DNA from: Rhodospirillales bacterium
Lineage (GTDB): Bacteria; Pseudomonadota; Alphaproteobacteria; JAJFIK01
Direction: 5' to 3'
DNA: 64,000 bases
Assembly: GCA_021775005.1 (NCBI GenBank)
Contig: JAJFIK010000080.1
Span: 2,014-66,013 of the forward strand
Under the pieces are notes generated by a model. It was not told the DNA's origin, did no database searches, and saw only the letters and a program-made list of their open reading frames with translations. Positions 9,194 through 19,058 of the stretch are shown here, one piece after another (within the stretch, counting starts at the first letter, position 1; every line of letters begins with the position of its first letter). A program made the position numbers and the translations under genes.

Positions 9194-9880
9194 ATGGATC
9201 GACTTTGGGCGGCCTTGCCTGAAAGCTGGCAAGGCCGGTTGACGCCGTTGGCGCGCCATCTCGACATGCTGTTTGTGGATCATGGCTTTATCCGCGCCAT
9301 GTATCTCAACCTCCATCCGCTTTCGGGTGAGCGTCAGATGTGGCGCAGCGCACAGCCCGCCCCCGCGCATATCAAGCGGCTCGCCGCGCGCGGCTTCAAG
9401 ACCATTGTGAACTTACGTGGCGCACGGGACTGCGGCTCCTATGCGTTGGAAGAAGAAGCCTGTCGCAAATATGGTGTGGCTTTGGTCAACTTCCCTGTGT
9501 CGTCTCGCGATACGCCAAAAGTGGAATGGCTCACGGGCGCTCGGGAAATTTTTGACAGCATCGAATATCCAGCTGTTATGCATTGCAAATCTGGCGCGGA
9601 CCGCGCGGGGCTTATGAGCGCGCTCTATCTGTTTGTGCATGAGCAAGTGCCGCTTGATGACGCCATGGGGCAGCTCTCCTTGCGCTATGGCCATGTCAAA
9701 CAAGCAAAAACGGGATTGATTGATTTCTTCTTTGAGAACTATGACGCTCGCAATAAGCGCGACCCCATTGAGTTCTATGAGTGGATTGATACCGAGTATG
9801 ATCGCGCGGAAATGAAAGGCCGCTTCATGGCCAAAGGCTGGGCGAACGTGTTGGTGGATTTCATCCTACGCCGAGAATAA
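9194..9880 (+). CDS. Cys-based protein tyrosine/dual-specificity phosphatase family protein
   Basis: RSAQP, IVNLRG, catalytic HCKSGADR (CX5R); exact start uncertain. Confidence 0.85.
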   Translation: MDRLWAALPESWQGRLTPLARHLDMLFVDHGFIRAMYLNLHPLSGERQMWRSAQPAPAHIKRLAARGFKTIVNLRGARDCGSYALEEEACRKYGVALVNFPVSSRDTPKVEWLTGAREIFDSIEYPAVMHCKSGADRAGLMSALYLFVHEQVPLDDAMGQLSLRYGHVKQAKTGLIDFFFENYDARNKRDPIEFYEWIDTEYDRAEMKGRFMAKGWANVLVDFILRRE

Positions 9881-9883
9881 GGC

Positions 9884-11797
9884 TCAAGCGCTGGGCTGCG
9901 CCTTGCGCGGCAACGCATCTTCATCATCGCGGAATTGAAGTTTAGCGAGCTTGGCGTAAAGGCCGCCGCGCGCCGTCAGGGTTTCATGGGTGCCTTCTTC
10001 GACAATCTCGCCCGCTTCCATAACGCAGATGCGATCCGCTTTGCGCACCGTGGCAAGGCGGTGGGCAATGGCAATGGTGGTGCGGCCTTCTTCCAACTTT
10101 TCAAGCGCCGCCTGCACCAGCCGCTCAGACTCTGCATCCAGGGCGCTGGTGGCTTCATCGAGCAGCAATATTGGCGCGTCCTTTAAGATAGCGCGAGCGA
10201 GGGAGATACGTTGGCGCTCCCCCCCTGAAAGCTTAAACCCGCGGTCGCCCACAAGGGTGTCATAGCCATCTGGCATGGCAGAAATAAAATCATGGGCGGC
10301 GGCGGCCTTCGCGGCGTCTGCAATTTCCGCATCGCTCGCATCCATACGCCCAAAAGCGATATTGGCGCGCACCGTATCATCGAACAGCACCACGTCCTGG
10401 CTCACCATGGCGACTGCGCCGCGTAAAGAGTCGAGCGTCACATCGCGCAAGTCCTGTCCGTCAATGCGCACCGTGCCTTCGCTCACATCGAAAAGGCGCG
10501 GGATCATATTAAACACAGTGGACTTGCCGGCACCGGATCGCCCCACCAGGGCGATGAGCGTGCCTGCGGGAATATCCAATGTGAGGTTTTTGAGCGCCCG
10601 TGTGCCGTCCTCATAAGCAAACCCGACGCCGTCAAATTCCACATGCCCGCCGCTGAGCGCGAGCGGCTTGGCGTGGGCGGCATCGACGATGCCAGGCTCT
10701 TCATCAAGTAAATCGAATATGCGCTGGATGGCGGCAAGGGCTTCTTGCAAGATAGCGTTGAAATTACCCACCGCGCGAATGGACTGCGCCGCCATCAGCA
10801 ATGCTGTTATGAACCCGGCCAAAGCAGCAAGCGAGCCCTCGCCGGTGGAGATGCGGTAGAGCGCAATGAGTAACACCCCCGCAACGGCAATGCCGCCGAG
10901 CACTTCAAGCACAGGGTCAAGCACCGCTTTGTTGCGAATGGCTTTAACGCGCAAGCGACGGTTTTGTTCAAACGCTTCGCCCGCACGGGCAGCTTCATAG
11001 TCTTCCAGGCCATAGGTCTTGACCATGCGTGCGCCAGCCAGGCTTTCGGTCAGAAGCGCGGTGATGTTACCCATCTGCTTTTGTGTGCGTTTTGAAACGT
11101 CTCGCATACGTTGGCCAATGCGCACAATGGGATAGGCCGCGATGGGATAGACCAGCAGCACCACCAGTGACAGCACCCAGTCGAGCCAGAACATGATCGC
11201 CACCAGCCCCACCAGTTGTACCGCGTCTCGTGCGGTGGTGGAGATGGACGACGCCAGCCCATTGCGAATGGCGTTCACATCATTGGTAAAGCGTGAAACC
11301 AATTGCCCCGTAGCGTCCCGCCCCATGCGCGCCAGGTCCGCCGCGAGCAGGTGGGCGTGCATGGCCTTCTGGAGATCAGTGATGACCCGCAGCACTGTGG
11401 TATTGAGCAACAAATTCTGGGTGTAGAGCGCCAGTCCGCGCGCCGCGGCTACGATGACCAGGGCCAGCGGCACGAGCCAGAGATACTTCAGTGTCAAAAG
11501 TTCACTGTCGCCATCGCTGGCATCGATCACTTCGACATCAGTAGCGGATGACCCTGCGGCTGCATCTGCGCCTGCGTCTGTTGCCGCCATTAGCGTATTC
11601 ACCATGAGCGTGATCATGGCGGGGTAGGCTGCGGTGGTCGCTGCGACCATGAGCATGGCAAAGACCGCCAGAACCAGAACGCGCCAATGGGGCGCGACCC
11701 AGTCGCGGGCAAACCGGCTCACCAATGCCCGCGTCGAGGCGTCAAACTCGAGGGGTGCTTTCGCAGCTTTGGATTGGGTCGATGGCGTGTCGTTCAC
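9884..11797 (-). CDS. ABC exporter, fused permease/ATPase (MsbA-like)
   Basis: 6-TM N-terminal half; GRSGAGKST, LSGGERQR, LLLDEATSALD, IAHRL. Confidence 0.93.
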   Translation of the reverse strand: MNDTPSTQSKAAKAPLEFDASTRALVSRFARDWVAPHWRVLVLAVFAMLMVAATTAAYPAMITLMVNTLMAATDAGADAAAGSSATDVEVIDASDGDSELLTLKYLWLVPLALVIVAAARGLALYTQNLLLNTTVLRVITDLQKAMHAHLLAADLARMGRDATGQLVSRFTNDVNAIRNGLASSISTTARDAVQLVGLVAIMFWLDWVLSLVVLLVYPIAAYPIVRIGQRMRDVSKRTQKQMGNITALLTESLAGARMVKTYGLEDYEAARAGEAFEQNRRLRVKAIRNKAVLDPVLEVLGGIAVAGVLLIALYRISTGEGSLAALAGFITALLMAAQSIRAVGNFNAILQEALAAIQRIFDLLDEEPGIVDAAHAKPLALSGGHVEFDGVGFAYEDGTRALKNLTLDIPAGTLIALVGRSGAGKSTVFNMIPRLFDVSEGTVRIDGQDLRDVTLDSLRGAVAMVSQDVVLFDDTVRANIAFGRMDASDAEIADAAKAAAAHDFISAMPDGYDTLVGDRGFKLSGGERQRISLARAILKDAPILLLDEATSALDAESERLVQAALEKLEEGRTTIAIAHRLATVRKADRICVMEAGEIVEEGTHETLTARGGLYAKLAKLQFRDDEDALPRKAQPSA

Positions 11798-11894
11798 AAA
11801 TGCGTCCTGTGTTGCCGTGTCCCCGCAAAACTAAGGGGGCCAGCGCGCTGCGCCAAGCCCCCATATTAACTCAGATTAAGGTTTGAATTTCAGA

Positions 11895-13832
11895 CTATTC
11901 AGCCCCAAACAGTACTTGCTCCAGAAACAGGGCGATGGCCTGGTACTGGAAGTCCCGATTGGATTTCTTCCGGAAGCCGTGACCTTCATCTGTGGCGAGC
12001 AAATACCAGGCCTCGCCGCCATTGGCTCTCACAGCCGCCAGCATCTGATCTGCTTCCCCTGCAGGGACGCGCGGATCGTTGAGCCCCTGGATGATAAAGA
12101 GCGGGCGGGAGATTGCTGACGCATTCGTCAGCGGTGAAATGGCTTCCAAATGTGCTCGCATTTCCGGGTCACGTTCATCGCCATATTCAGTGCGGCGCAA
12201 GTTGCGACGATAGCCTTGGGTGTTCTCCAGGAAGGTGACGAAGTTGGAAATACCTACCACGTCGATCCCGGCAGCCAAGCGATCATTGTAATGGACCATA
12301 GACGCCAGCACCATATAGCCGCCGTAAGAGCCGCCATAGATCACCACACGATCTGAATCCAACTCGCTCTGATCATCAATCCAGTCGAGCAATGCGCCAA
12401 TGTCGCGTACGGAATCTTCCCGCGCAAAGCCGTTGTCCAGCCCCACATAGGTTTTGCCGTAACCTGATGAGCCGCGCACGTTGGGGGCAATAATGGCGAT
12501 GCCCATTTCGCTGGCCCAGTATTGGAAGTTGGATGAGAACCGAGGGCGGAATTGGCTTTCCGGTCCGCCGTGGGCATAGATCATCACCGGGTGCGGGCCA
12601 TCACCCTCGGGGCGATAAATAAATGCTGGAACCTCTAGCCCATCAAACGATGTGTAGCTGATCAGTTCCGGCTCAACGAAGGTCGCAGTATCAAGTCCGC
12701 CCACTTCACTGTCGGTCCATTGCGTAAGTGCGCCGGTGGCGACCTCATAAGACCAGGCGTTGTCCGGCGCGGTGGCGGCATCAACGGTAAAGCCAATGTT
12801 TGCGCCAGTTGCGTCATAGGTCAGTCCGCTAATAACGGCCACAGGCACATCTGGCGTGGCCACAGTGGTGCCATCGGCAAGGGAGATGACACGCACTTCT
12901 GAAAGCCCGCCCGCGTTCACGGAAATCACCGCATGTTCGCCATCGGGGGAGATGTCAAAACTCTCAACGTTCCAGGGAATATCGGCGGTGAGTACCGCCA
13001 TTTCGCCAGAAGCAATATTAAAGCGCACGAGATCAAAGAACTCATCATTTTCATCGGAGGTGAAATAGATCGCAGAACCGTCTGCGGCAAACGCCGCATT
13101 GTCATAGGAGATGACTTGATCAACAGGGTTGATGAGCATCACTTCGCCTTCGGCCAAATTAAGCAGCGCGATTTCGCCCTCCAGCGAGGAGACATAATGG
13201 ATGATGATGGCGGTGCCATTGTCTGGTGAGATGTCGATGGGATACCAAAACCCGTCAGCCTCATGGACGATGCGGCGGTTTTCCGGGTCGTCGAAATCGG
13301 CCATCCAAATATTGTAATTGCCTTCGTTGTCACGAGGGGCCATCCAAATAAGGCCCGAGCCGTCATCGGTCTGTACTGGCTCAATATTGCGCAACTCTGG
13401 ATCTGTGAGTTGTGTTTGCACCCCGGTTGCGAGGTCATAGAGATAGAGCTGATAGCGCTCATTCCCGCCCACATCTTTGGAGAAAATAATTTGGCTATCG
13501 TGCCCGTTGCGTGATCCTGCGCCGGCGATGGGCTCTGGGAAAAATGTGATCTGCCGCCGCATGCCCATGGGCGTGGCCACATGGTGCACTTGCGATGTTT
13601 CGCCAAAGCGCGTGGAAATTAAGATGCCGTTGCCGCCAGGGGCCCAATCGCTAAACGCAGCAATGCGCGCGTTTTGAAACTGATTGATGCGATCAATCAA
13701 CGAGGTCGGTATGTCCGGCACGCCTTCGATCACCAGATTGCCGCGCTCGATGCGCTCAGGCGCTTCTTGTGCGAATAAAGAGGGTGCAGCTAAAACTGCC
13801 GCCAGCCCCAGTACAATTGCCGAAAAACGCAT
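11895..13832 (-). CDS. Secreted S9 family peptidase (prolyl oligopeptidase/acylaminoacyl peptidase)
   Basis: Signal peptide MRFSAIV...FAQ; beta-propeller region; HGGPE, GGSYGG, NDPRV, DEGHG catalytic triad. Confidence 0.92.
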   Translation of the reverse strand: MRFSAIVLGLAAVLAAPSLFAQEAPERIERGNLVIEGVPDIPTSLIDRINQFQNARIAAFSDWAPGGNGILISTRFGETSQVHHVATPMGMRRQITFFPEPIAGAGSRNGHDSQIIFSKDVGGNERYQLYLYDLATGVQTQLTDPELRNIEPVQTDDGSGLIWMAPRDNEGNYNIWMADFDDPENRRIVHEADGFWYPIDISPDNGTAIIIHYVSSLEGEIALLNLAEGEVMLINPVDQVISYDNAAFAADGSAIYFTSDENDEFFDLVRFNIASGEMAVLTADIPWNVESFDISPDGEHAVISVNAGGLSEVRVISLADGTTVATPDVPVAVISGLTYDATGANIGFTVDAATAPDNAWSYEVATGALTQWTDSEVGGLDTATFVEPELISYTSFDGLEVPAFIYRPEGDGPHPVMIYAHGGPESQFRPRFSSNFQYWASEMGIAIIAPNVRGSSGYGKTYVGLDNGFAREDSVRDIGALLDWIDDQSELDSDRVVIYGGSYGGYMVLASMVHYNDRLAAGIDVVGISNFVTFLENTQGYRRNLRRTEYGDERDPEMRAHLEAISPLTNASAISRPLFIIQGLNDPRVPAGEADQMLAAVRANGGEAWYLLATDEGHGFRKKSNRDFQYQAIALFLEQVLFGAE

Positions 13833-13928
13833 ATTCATCTCCCTCATCCCATTGATGCGGCGGCACTGTGGGAGAGACCGCGCCCCAGCGCAAGTCACAA
13901 TGGGGGCAGAGCGCTGTGACTTGTGTGT

Positions 13929-14849
13929 TTAGGCCAAGCAGGCGGCAGCAAAGTTCGCGACCACTTGAATGGTACGATCTACATCGGCCTGAGAGGCGGC
14001 CAAGGCGGGGTTCACTTCAGCCAGGTCGAGCGCCACCAAGCGGCGGGTCTTGCTGACAAAATCAGCCAGCTCGTCAAGGTCCGCAATAGTAAGCCCGCCA
14101 GGGACCGGAACGCCGGTGGCGGGGGCGACCTCAGGATCGACCGAATCCACATCAAAGCTAATGTGAATCGGGTGGCGTCCTTCAGGATCAATATCACTGA
14201 GGGCCTTGCGCACCACAGCGCGCATGCCGAACTCGCGCACATCATCTGCGGAGTAATAAGGAATGCTGCGATCGTCGATGGCCAAAACCTCGCTTTGGTC
14301 CAAATCACGCACACCAATGAACGCGAGTTGATTGGGCCGCAGCCGCGCCCCGACAAAACCGATGCCGGGCACATCGCGCTGGCTGAATAATCCCAAGTGT
14401 GCCGCCAGCGGCATGCCGTGTAAATTTCCGCTGGGAGATGTTTCCGGCGTATTGATATCGCCATGGGCATCCACATACAAAATGCGCGCCTCTGGGTAGG
14501 TGCGCAAAACCCCTTCGATAGTGGAAAGCGCAATGGAATGATCACCGCCCAGGGTCAATACACGGCGATCGCGGCTAAGGCTGCGCTCGACTTCATCGGC
14601 AAGCATCGCAAGGGCTGGCAGGAGGCCGATTTCATGATCGGAAACAGTGATGCCGGCATCGGAGAGCAAATTGGCATTGCGCAAGTCTGCCTCAACCCCG
14701 CCGTGCCACAAATGTTCAGGGCCTTGTTCGACCCCGCCTTTGCGCTGGCCGCGGCCAACCTTTGCAAACAGGACCTCCAGCGGCTTTGAGGCGTGAGTGG
14801 GCAGGCCGGTGTTCAGACCTTTTGGCGTTTTATGCATGTCCATAGCCAT
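13929..14849 (-). CDS. rocF: Arginase
   Basis: GGDHS, DAHGDINTPETSPSGNLHGMP, SFDVDSVDP, EVNP; follows rocD. Confidence 0.9.
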   Translation of the reverse strand: MAMDMHKTPKGLNTGLPTHASKPLEVLFAKVGRGQRKGGVEQGPEHLWHGGVEADLRNANLLSDAGITVSDHEIGLLPALAMLADEVERSLSRDRRVLTLGGDHSIALSTIEGVLRTYPEARILYVDAHGDINTPETSPSGNLHGMPLAAHLGLFSQRDVPGIGFVGARLRPNQLAFIGVRDLDQSEVLAIDDRSIPYYSADDVREFGMRAVVRKALSDIDPEGRHPIHISFDVDSVDPEVAPATGVPVPGGLTIADLDELADFVSKTRRLVALDLAEVNPALAASQADVDRTIQVVANFAAACLA

Positions 14850-14854
14850 TGCGC

Positions 14855-16099
14855 CTAACCTGCTTTCGCTTCGCCGGATTTCGGCAAAAGTTCATTTTCA
14901 AGTTCGCGAATGACAACGCGGAATTGCTCCACCCCCCAATCAAGATCATCTTCAGAGATCATCAATGGCGGCGCAAAGCGCACGACTGTTTCGTGGGTTT
15001 CTTTGGATAGAACCCCGCGCGCCATGAGCCGCTCGCACACGAGCCGCGCTGGAGCAAAGTTGGGGTCAATCTCAACGCCGACCCAAAGGCCAGCGCCGCG
15101 CACATCTTGTACCAGCGGCGAATTCATCGCGCGGAGTTTCTGTTTCATTTTTGCGCCCAACGTCGCGCTGCGCTCGGTGAGGTTTTCTTCCTCAATGACC
15201 ACGAGGGCTTCATGCGCCACCGCTGCGGCGAGGGGGTTACCGCCAAAGGTCGACCCGTGACTGCCCGGATCGAACATGTCCATGACCTCGTCTGTGGAAC
15301 AAAACGCCGATACAGGGAGCAAGCCCCCGCCGAGGGCTTTGCCAAGGATCAAACCGTCGGGTTTGATGTCTTCATATTGATGCGCAAACAATTTGCCGGT
15401 GCGGCCAAGGCCGGTCTGAATCTCATCAAGGATCATCAGGCAATTTTGTTCGGTGCAGAGGGCGCGCAGGTCTTTCAAAAAACCCTTGGGCGGCATCACG
15501 ATGCCGGCTTCGCCCTGGATCGGCTCCATAAGCACTGCTGCGGTGTTGGGGCCCATGGCCGCTTTCACCGCTTCGATGTCGCCGAAGGGCACGAGCTTGA
15601 ACCCAGCCGCGAAGGGGCCAAAATCTTCTTTGTATTCTTCGTCGGCTGAAAACCCGATCACCGTCGTGGTGCGACCATGGAAATTTCCCTCAGCAACGAT
15701 GATCTCAGCCTGGTCTTTGGGAATGCCTTTGACGCGATAGCCCCAACGCCGCGCGGCCTTGATGGCGGTTTCCACTGCTTCAACACCGGTATTCATGGGC
15801 AGCGCCCGCGGCAAGCCCGTCATATGGGTGAGTTTTTTGAGAAACGGCCCCAGGGGCTTGGCGTGAAAGGCGCGGCTGACGATGGCCAGCTCAGAGGCCT
15901 GATCGGCAAGGGCCTTCAGCAGCCGAGGGTGGCCATGACCGTGACTTACAGCGGAATAGGCACTCATCATATCGAGGTATTTATTGCCTGCGGTGTCCCA
16001 CAGCCAGGCACCTTCGCCGCGCGCGATGACCACTGGCAGCGGCAAATAATTCGCTGCGCCAAATTTGGTTTCTAGATCGATGAACGAGGTCTCGGACAT
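14855..16099 (-). CDS. rocD: Ornithine--oxo-acid transaminase
   Basis: ANYLPLPVV, SAYSAVSHGH, EPIQGEAG, DEIQTGLGRTG, LGKALGGG, HGSTFGGNP. Confidence 0.93.
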   Translation of the reverse strand: MSETSFIDLETKFGAANYLPLPVVIARGEGAWLWDTAGNKYLDMMSAYSAVSHGHGHPRLLKALADQASELAIVSRAFHAKPLGPFLKKLTHMTGLPRALPMNTGVEAVETAIKAARRWGYRVKGIPKDQAEIIVAEGNFHGRTTTVIGFSADEEYKEDFGPFAAGFKLVPFGDIEAVKAAMGPNTAAVLMEPIQGEAGIVMPPKGFLKDLRALCTEQNCLMILDEIQTGLGRTGKLFAHQYEDIKPDGLILGKALGGGLLPVSAFCSTDEVMDMFDPGSHGSTFGGNPLAAAVAHEALVVIEEENLTERSATLGAKMKQKLRAMNSPLVQDVRGAGLWVGVEIDPNFAPARLVCERLMARGVLSKETHETVVRFAPPLMISEDDLDWGVEQFRVVIRELENELLPKSGEAKAG

Positions 16100-16234
16100 G
16101 GATGGGATCCCTGTGGAATTTAGATCAAAGCAAGGGCCGAATATGGCTGCCCTTTGCCAAAATGACTGTCCAAAGATACCCTCCTGAGCAGAAGAATATC
16201 CTTCAAATCACTATTTTTAAGGATGATTGTCTTA

Positions 16235-16717
16235 TTATTCAGAAGAATGTGCGGTTTGGGGCAAGGGGATGCCGGAATAGGGAAGCACATTCCGCATCAC
16301 TACATTACTCACAATCTGGCCGACCCCCAGCTCTGGATGGTCGATAAGTGCCTCAGTGAGAACCTGATAGGCCTCAATGTCTTGCGCCATAAAGCGCACC
16401 AGATAATCGTATTGGCCGCTCAGCTCAGCGCATTCCACCACTTCAGGCAGGGATTTGAGGTGCGCTTCAAAATCTCGCTGGCCCTGGCGGCCGTGGCGCT
16501 CCAGCGCAATGAGGGCGAAAACCGTTAGCGGCCGTCCAAGTTTTTCCGGTTTTAGCACCGCGCGATACCCGGTGATAAAGCCTTCTGATTCGAGCCGCCG
16601 CACGCGGGTGTGGCAAGCGCTCGCTGAGAGACCAACTCGATCTGCAAGTTTTTGATTGGTTAGTCGTCCTTCGGCTTGAAGGGCGCTTAGTATCTTTAGG
16701 TCGATGCCGTCCAGCAC
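16235..16717 (-). CDS. Lrp/AsnC family transcriptional regulator
   Basis: LDGIDLKIL..LQ.EGRLTN..LA..VGLS.SAC..RVRRLE; SGQYDY. Confidence 0.92.
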   Translation of the reverse strand: MLDGIDLKILSALQAEGRLTNQKLADRVGLSASACHTRVRRLESEGFITGYRAVLKPEKLGRPLTVFALIALERHGRQGQRDFEAHLKSLPEVVECAELSGQYDYLVRFMAQDIEAYQVLTEALIDHPELGVGQIVSNVVMRNVLPYSGIPLPQTAHSSE

Positions 16718-16803
16718 AGGAAGCTCCGTTGCGAGTGCGAGCGAATACGATAGGGTCCAGCGATCATAGCAGCATTATGGGCATCAAGTATAAGGCATGG
16801 GGC

Positions 16804-18210
16804 ATGGCGAATCGGTCGCAAGTTTTAAAGGCGGCACTTAGGCAATTGGAGGCGGGCAAGCCCACAGGCGCGCTGGATTTGCTGGCCCCTTGGATCGAGG
16901 CCCATCCCGATGACGCGGATGCCCATGCCCTCAAGGGCCAAGCCTATTCCGCGCAAGGGGGCCTGGCTGAGGCCCTTAAAGCGTTTGAGGCCGCCGTGCG
17001 CCTTCGACCTGACCGCGCCGGGTTCAAATTCAACCTCGGCATGGCCTATCTCGCCGCGGGTCGAAACCAGGACGCTGCCGACACGCTTGCGTCCTTGGCG
17101 GATGATCAGAGCCAAGATGCTGCGCTCCTTGAAGCCCTTGGGACCGCTTATCTCGGCCTCCGCGATCCTGACACAGCAAAGGCCTATCTGAGCCGTGCCT
17201 TAGCAGTAGAGCCCAAAAGCCCCAGCGCGCTAACCCATCTGGGTGATGCCTTTCAACGCAGCGGGGACGGGGCCAAAGCGCAGGGGCTCTATCGCCAAGC
17301 ATTGGCGGTGGCTCCAACTTTTGTCCCCGCGCTGAACAATCTTGGTGCCGCGTTGACTGACGGCGGTGACTATGGCGAAGCCCAAACTTTGCTACAGCGC
17401 GCCGTGGGTGTTGATCCGCGTCATACCCGAGCGATCATCAATTTGGGTATGGCGCAGCTCCATATGGGCCGCTTGAAAGAAGCGCTTACGTGCTTTGAGA
17501 CCTGTTTGCGCCTTGATCCGCTCAATCGCTGGGGCATCGCCTATCGCGACTTGACGCGACTGCAACTGGGCCAGCTTAACCCGCAAACCTTTACCGAGCA
17601 GCTTGAGCCGCTCATAACCCAAGAAGATCTTGCCGCGCCCTATAGCTCTTTTGCGCAAGACTTGGCGGCAGAGGTCGTGGCCCATCCCAATCGGCGCTGG
17701 GATGTTTCAGGAACCGCCACAACGAACGGGTATGATGCGCTTGATCTCTTCGCCCACCAGGGGGCCGCACTGAAGGCGTTTGAAACCCTGCTCCGGGCGG
17801 CCATCGATCGGCGCATTTCCGCAATGCCGTTCGAGCGTGGCCATCCGCTAATGGGCTGGAAACCGGAAGACTATCGCCTCGATATATGGGCCACGTTTCT
17901 TCGTAACGGCGGCTATCAATATGCCCATATTCACCCCACGGGATGGCTCTCAGGGGTCTATTACGTGCAACTGCCCACCGCGGGCGGGGCAACTGCCATG
18001 GGGGCGGGCGGCGGCAACAAAGATCTTGCCGGGTGGATTGAATTTGGCCCACCGGACCAAGCGTTCCCGGCCCCCATTCAACCCGAACCCTTGCATTTTG
18101 AGCCGCGTGTAGGGCGACTCTTCCTTTTCCCCAGCTATGCCTATCATCGCACTATTCCTTTTACGGGGGACACGGACCGCATTTCCATCGCCTTTGATGT
18201 GCGCCCGTGA
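16804..18210 (+). CDS. TPR-repeat protein with C-terminal putative 2OG-Fe(II) oxygenase domain (TIGR02466-like)
   Basis: Multiple TPRs (e.g. ALNNLG, AIINLG); HIHPTGWLSGVYY, LFPSYAYH, RISIAFD. Confidence 0.85.
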   Translation: MANRSQVLKAALRQLEAGKPTGALDLLAPWIEAHPDDADAHALKGQAYSAQGGLAEALKAFEAAVRLRPDRAGFKFNLGMAYLAAGRNQDAADTLASLADDQSQDAALLEALGTAYLGLRDPDTAKAYLSRALAVEPKSPSALTHLGDAFQRSGDGAKAQGLYRQALAVAPTFVPALNNLGAALTDGGDYGEAQTLLQRAVGVDPRHTRAIINLGMAQLHMGRLKEALTCFETCLRLDPLNRWGIAYRDLTRLQLGQLNPQTFTEQLEPLITQEDLAAPYSSFAQDLAAEVVAHPNRRWDVSGTATTNGYDALDLFAHQGAALKAFETLLRAAIDRRISAMPFERGHPLMGWKPEDYRLDIWATFLRNGGYQYAHIHPTGWLSGVYYVQLPTAGGATAMGAGGGNKDLAGWIEFGPPDQAFPAPIQPEPLHFEPRVGRLFLFPSYAYHRTIPFTGDTDRISIAFDVRP

Positions 18211-18354
18211 ATGACTGCTGGGTTCCGCCACCCTCGGGTGTGGCAAATAAATAATGAATGCCTGTTGATCCGACCCGGAAAACCAAATAGATGCGGGCGC
18301 CTGAGCCGTGTCAACGACTCAGCTAGTGTCCACCGGACCGGAAAGTGGAAGCAG

Positions 18355-19035
18355 ATGTCTGGAAACAATCCGTTTACGAGTTTGTTTGGCCGATCTCCCT
18401 TCAAACCCATTCAAGAACATATGCGCACCGTCAATCAAAGTGTTGTCGAAGTCGGCACGTTGTTTGAAGCGCTGTGTGCTGGTGACCGGGAGACTCTGAA
18501 AGCGACCCAACAGAAAATTTTCAAGTTGGAAAGCGAAGCCGACACAATCAAAAATCAGTTGCGTGCTCACTTGCCCAAAAGCCTTTTCATGCCGGTTGAT
18601 CGGCGTGACCTGCTTGAAGTTCTTGACTTGCAAGATTCCATTGCTGACACGGCGCAGGATATTGCAGGCCTTTTGGTCGAACGGGATATGCAAGTCATGC
18701 CCGGCATGGCTGAGCCGCTTATGGCACTGGTTCGTCGCAATATTGACGCAAGTGCGCTTGCAACCAAAATCATTGAGCGACTTGATGAGTTGGTGGAAAC
18801 CGGGTTTCGCGGACCAGAGTCCGATGCGGTGATCCAGATGGTGGATCAGCTCAACAAAATTGAAACCGATACCGATCGCATGGGCCTGGAGCTGGCCCGC
18901 AGCCTTTTCCTGCATGAGGATGAGATGAAACCCGTTTCTGTGATGATGTGGTACGACCTCATCTCCATGATCGGGAACCTTGCTGATTATTCTGAAAAAG
19001 TCGGAAACCGTTTGCGGTTGATGCTCGCGCGCTAG
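18355..19035 (+). CDS. DUF47/TIGR00153 PhoU-like phosphate transport accessory protein
   Basis: LFGRSPFKPIQEHM, E.EAD.IK, FMPVDRRD, QD.IAD, E..TD; directly upstream of pit. Confidence 0.92.
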   Translation: MSGNNPFTSLFGRSPFKPIQEHMRTVNQSVVEVGTLFEALCAGDRETLKATQQKIFKLESEADTIKNQLRAHLPKSLFMPVDRRDLLEVLDLQDSIADTAQDIAGLLVERDMQVMPGMAEPLMALVRRNIDASALATKIIERLDELVETGFRGPESDAVIQMVDQLNKIETDTDRMGLELARSLFLHEDEMKPVSVMMWYDLISMIGNLADYSEKVGNRLRLMLAR

Positions 19036-19058
19036 GCGCCCTCCAAAGGGATTGGGTC

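Noticed and set aside
11866..11879. TTAA-N6-TTAA upstream of the MsbA-like gene as a CtrA box
   Set aside because: Spacer is 6 nt, not 7
18230..18354. Pho box upstream of DUF47-pit
   Set aside because: TGTCA-like half-sites are not at the required 11-bp repeat spacing
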